A stretch of 15,912 nucleotides of DNA from Candidatus Bathyarchaeia archaeon. Lineage in GTDB: Archaea; Thermoproteota; Bathyarchaeia; Bathyarchaeales; Bathycorpusculaceae. Positions 15,461 to 15,912 of this stretch are shown one piece after another. The stretch spans positions 1 to 15,912 of the forward strand of contig JAVZNT010000020.1 in assembly GCA_038882655.1 (NCBI GenBank). The letters run 5' to 3'. Numbering within the stretch: position 1 is the stretch's first letter; each line of letters starts with the position of its first letter. A program made the position numbers and the translations under genes. The notes beneath the pieces are model-generated. The model saw only the letters and a program-made list of their open reading frames with translations, made no database searches and had not been told where the DNA came from.

Positions 15461-15912
15461 ATGAAAAAAATATTAGGACTCCTCACAATGTCAATCTTGT
15501 GGTTCAGTATTCTTTTCAGTGTTAACATTCTACCAGCTAAAAGTGATCTCGTTCCTAATGAGGAGGGCGCGCTTCCAGATTATGAAGCTGTAGACTGGCA
15601 AAGCGGTTTAGCTGGACCGGTTGAATTTCCAATGCCAGAAGATTTGGGACTTGAAGCTGCGCAGCTACCTACAATTGAGTCTTTTAACACCACTCCGCCT
15701 GTTGGAACCACAGTTTGGGATTGGTATCTTTGGAGCATAAGCCGAAACGATTATGGCGGACCAAAAGCTACCATGACTTTGAGGGCGATCGGAGAATACA
15801 GCGAAGTTTGGGTGCAAGATGACCTACGGTTCCCATTCAACGCAACCTACAACGATCCGAGAAACAATTATCCATTAAACTTCACAATCACTGACGAGAT
15901 GTGCCAATACTT
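15461..15912 (+). CDS. N-terminal part of a secreted protein, possibly an immune inhibitor A (M6)/M30-like metalloprotease; runs off the window
   Basis: GGAGG RBS at 15451-15455 and an open frame to the window end. Signal peptide MKKILGLLTMSILWFSILFSVNILPAKS, then an acidic Pro-rich segment, then MTLRAIGEYSEVWVQDDLRFP...DPRN...ITDEMCQY. The CDS is secure. The family call is from memory, and no HExxH motif is visible in the window. Confidence 0.7.
   Translation, partial: MKKILGLLTMSILWFSILFSVNILPAKSDLVPNEEGALPDYEAVDWQSGLAGPVEFPMPEDLGLEAAQLPTIESFNTTPPVGTTVWDWYLWSISRNDYGGPKATMTLRAIGEYSEVWVQDDLRFPFNATYNDPRNNYPLNFTITDEMCQY

Noticed and set aside
1-15912. tRNA/rRNA genes, CRISPR arrays, transposases, integrases or defence systems
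   Set aside because: No cloverleaf, regularly spaced repeats or relevant protein motifs were seen, and intergenic gaps are short. Small ncRNAs such as C/D box guides cannot be excluded without a covariance search.

Overview
This 15.9 kb window is gene-dense and archaeal, as shown by a class I CCA-adding enzyme, THUMP-TrmG10, UPF0200/UPF0201, and TATA boxes with GGAGGTGA-type ribosome-binding sites. The gene content is compatible with Bathyarchaeia, but that assignment is inference only. Most of the window is housekeeping. It holds tRNA/RNA maturation genes (rnz, trmG10, thpR, cca, UPF0200 kinase, UPF0201, a beta-CASP nuclease), prs, a class II HMG-CoA reductase, uppP, an M20 peptidase, flavodoxin, DUF6125 and DNA polymerase IV. 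Three coding regions are missing from the supplied ORF track: a partial TIM-barrel gene at the left edge, a 46-aa CxxC-x17-CxxC zinc-finger gene (13847-13987, minus) with a structured leader, and a partial secreted protein at the right edge. The least explained element is a self-contained two-gene cassette (5520-6739). It encodes an orphan 7-TM membrane protein translationally coupled to a secreted, anchorless, beta-rich protein that looks like a donor-strand fibre subunit, behind its own promoter and a palindromic operator. No tRNA, rRNA, CRISPR array or mobile element was recognised. All product calls come from reading motifs by eye, and no database searches were run.
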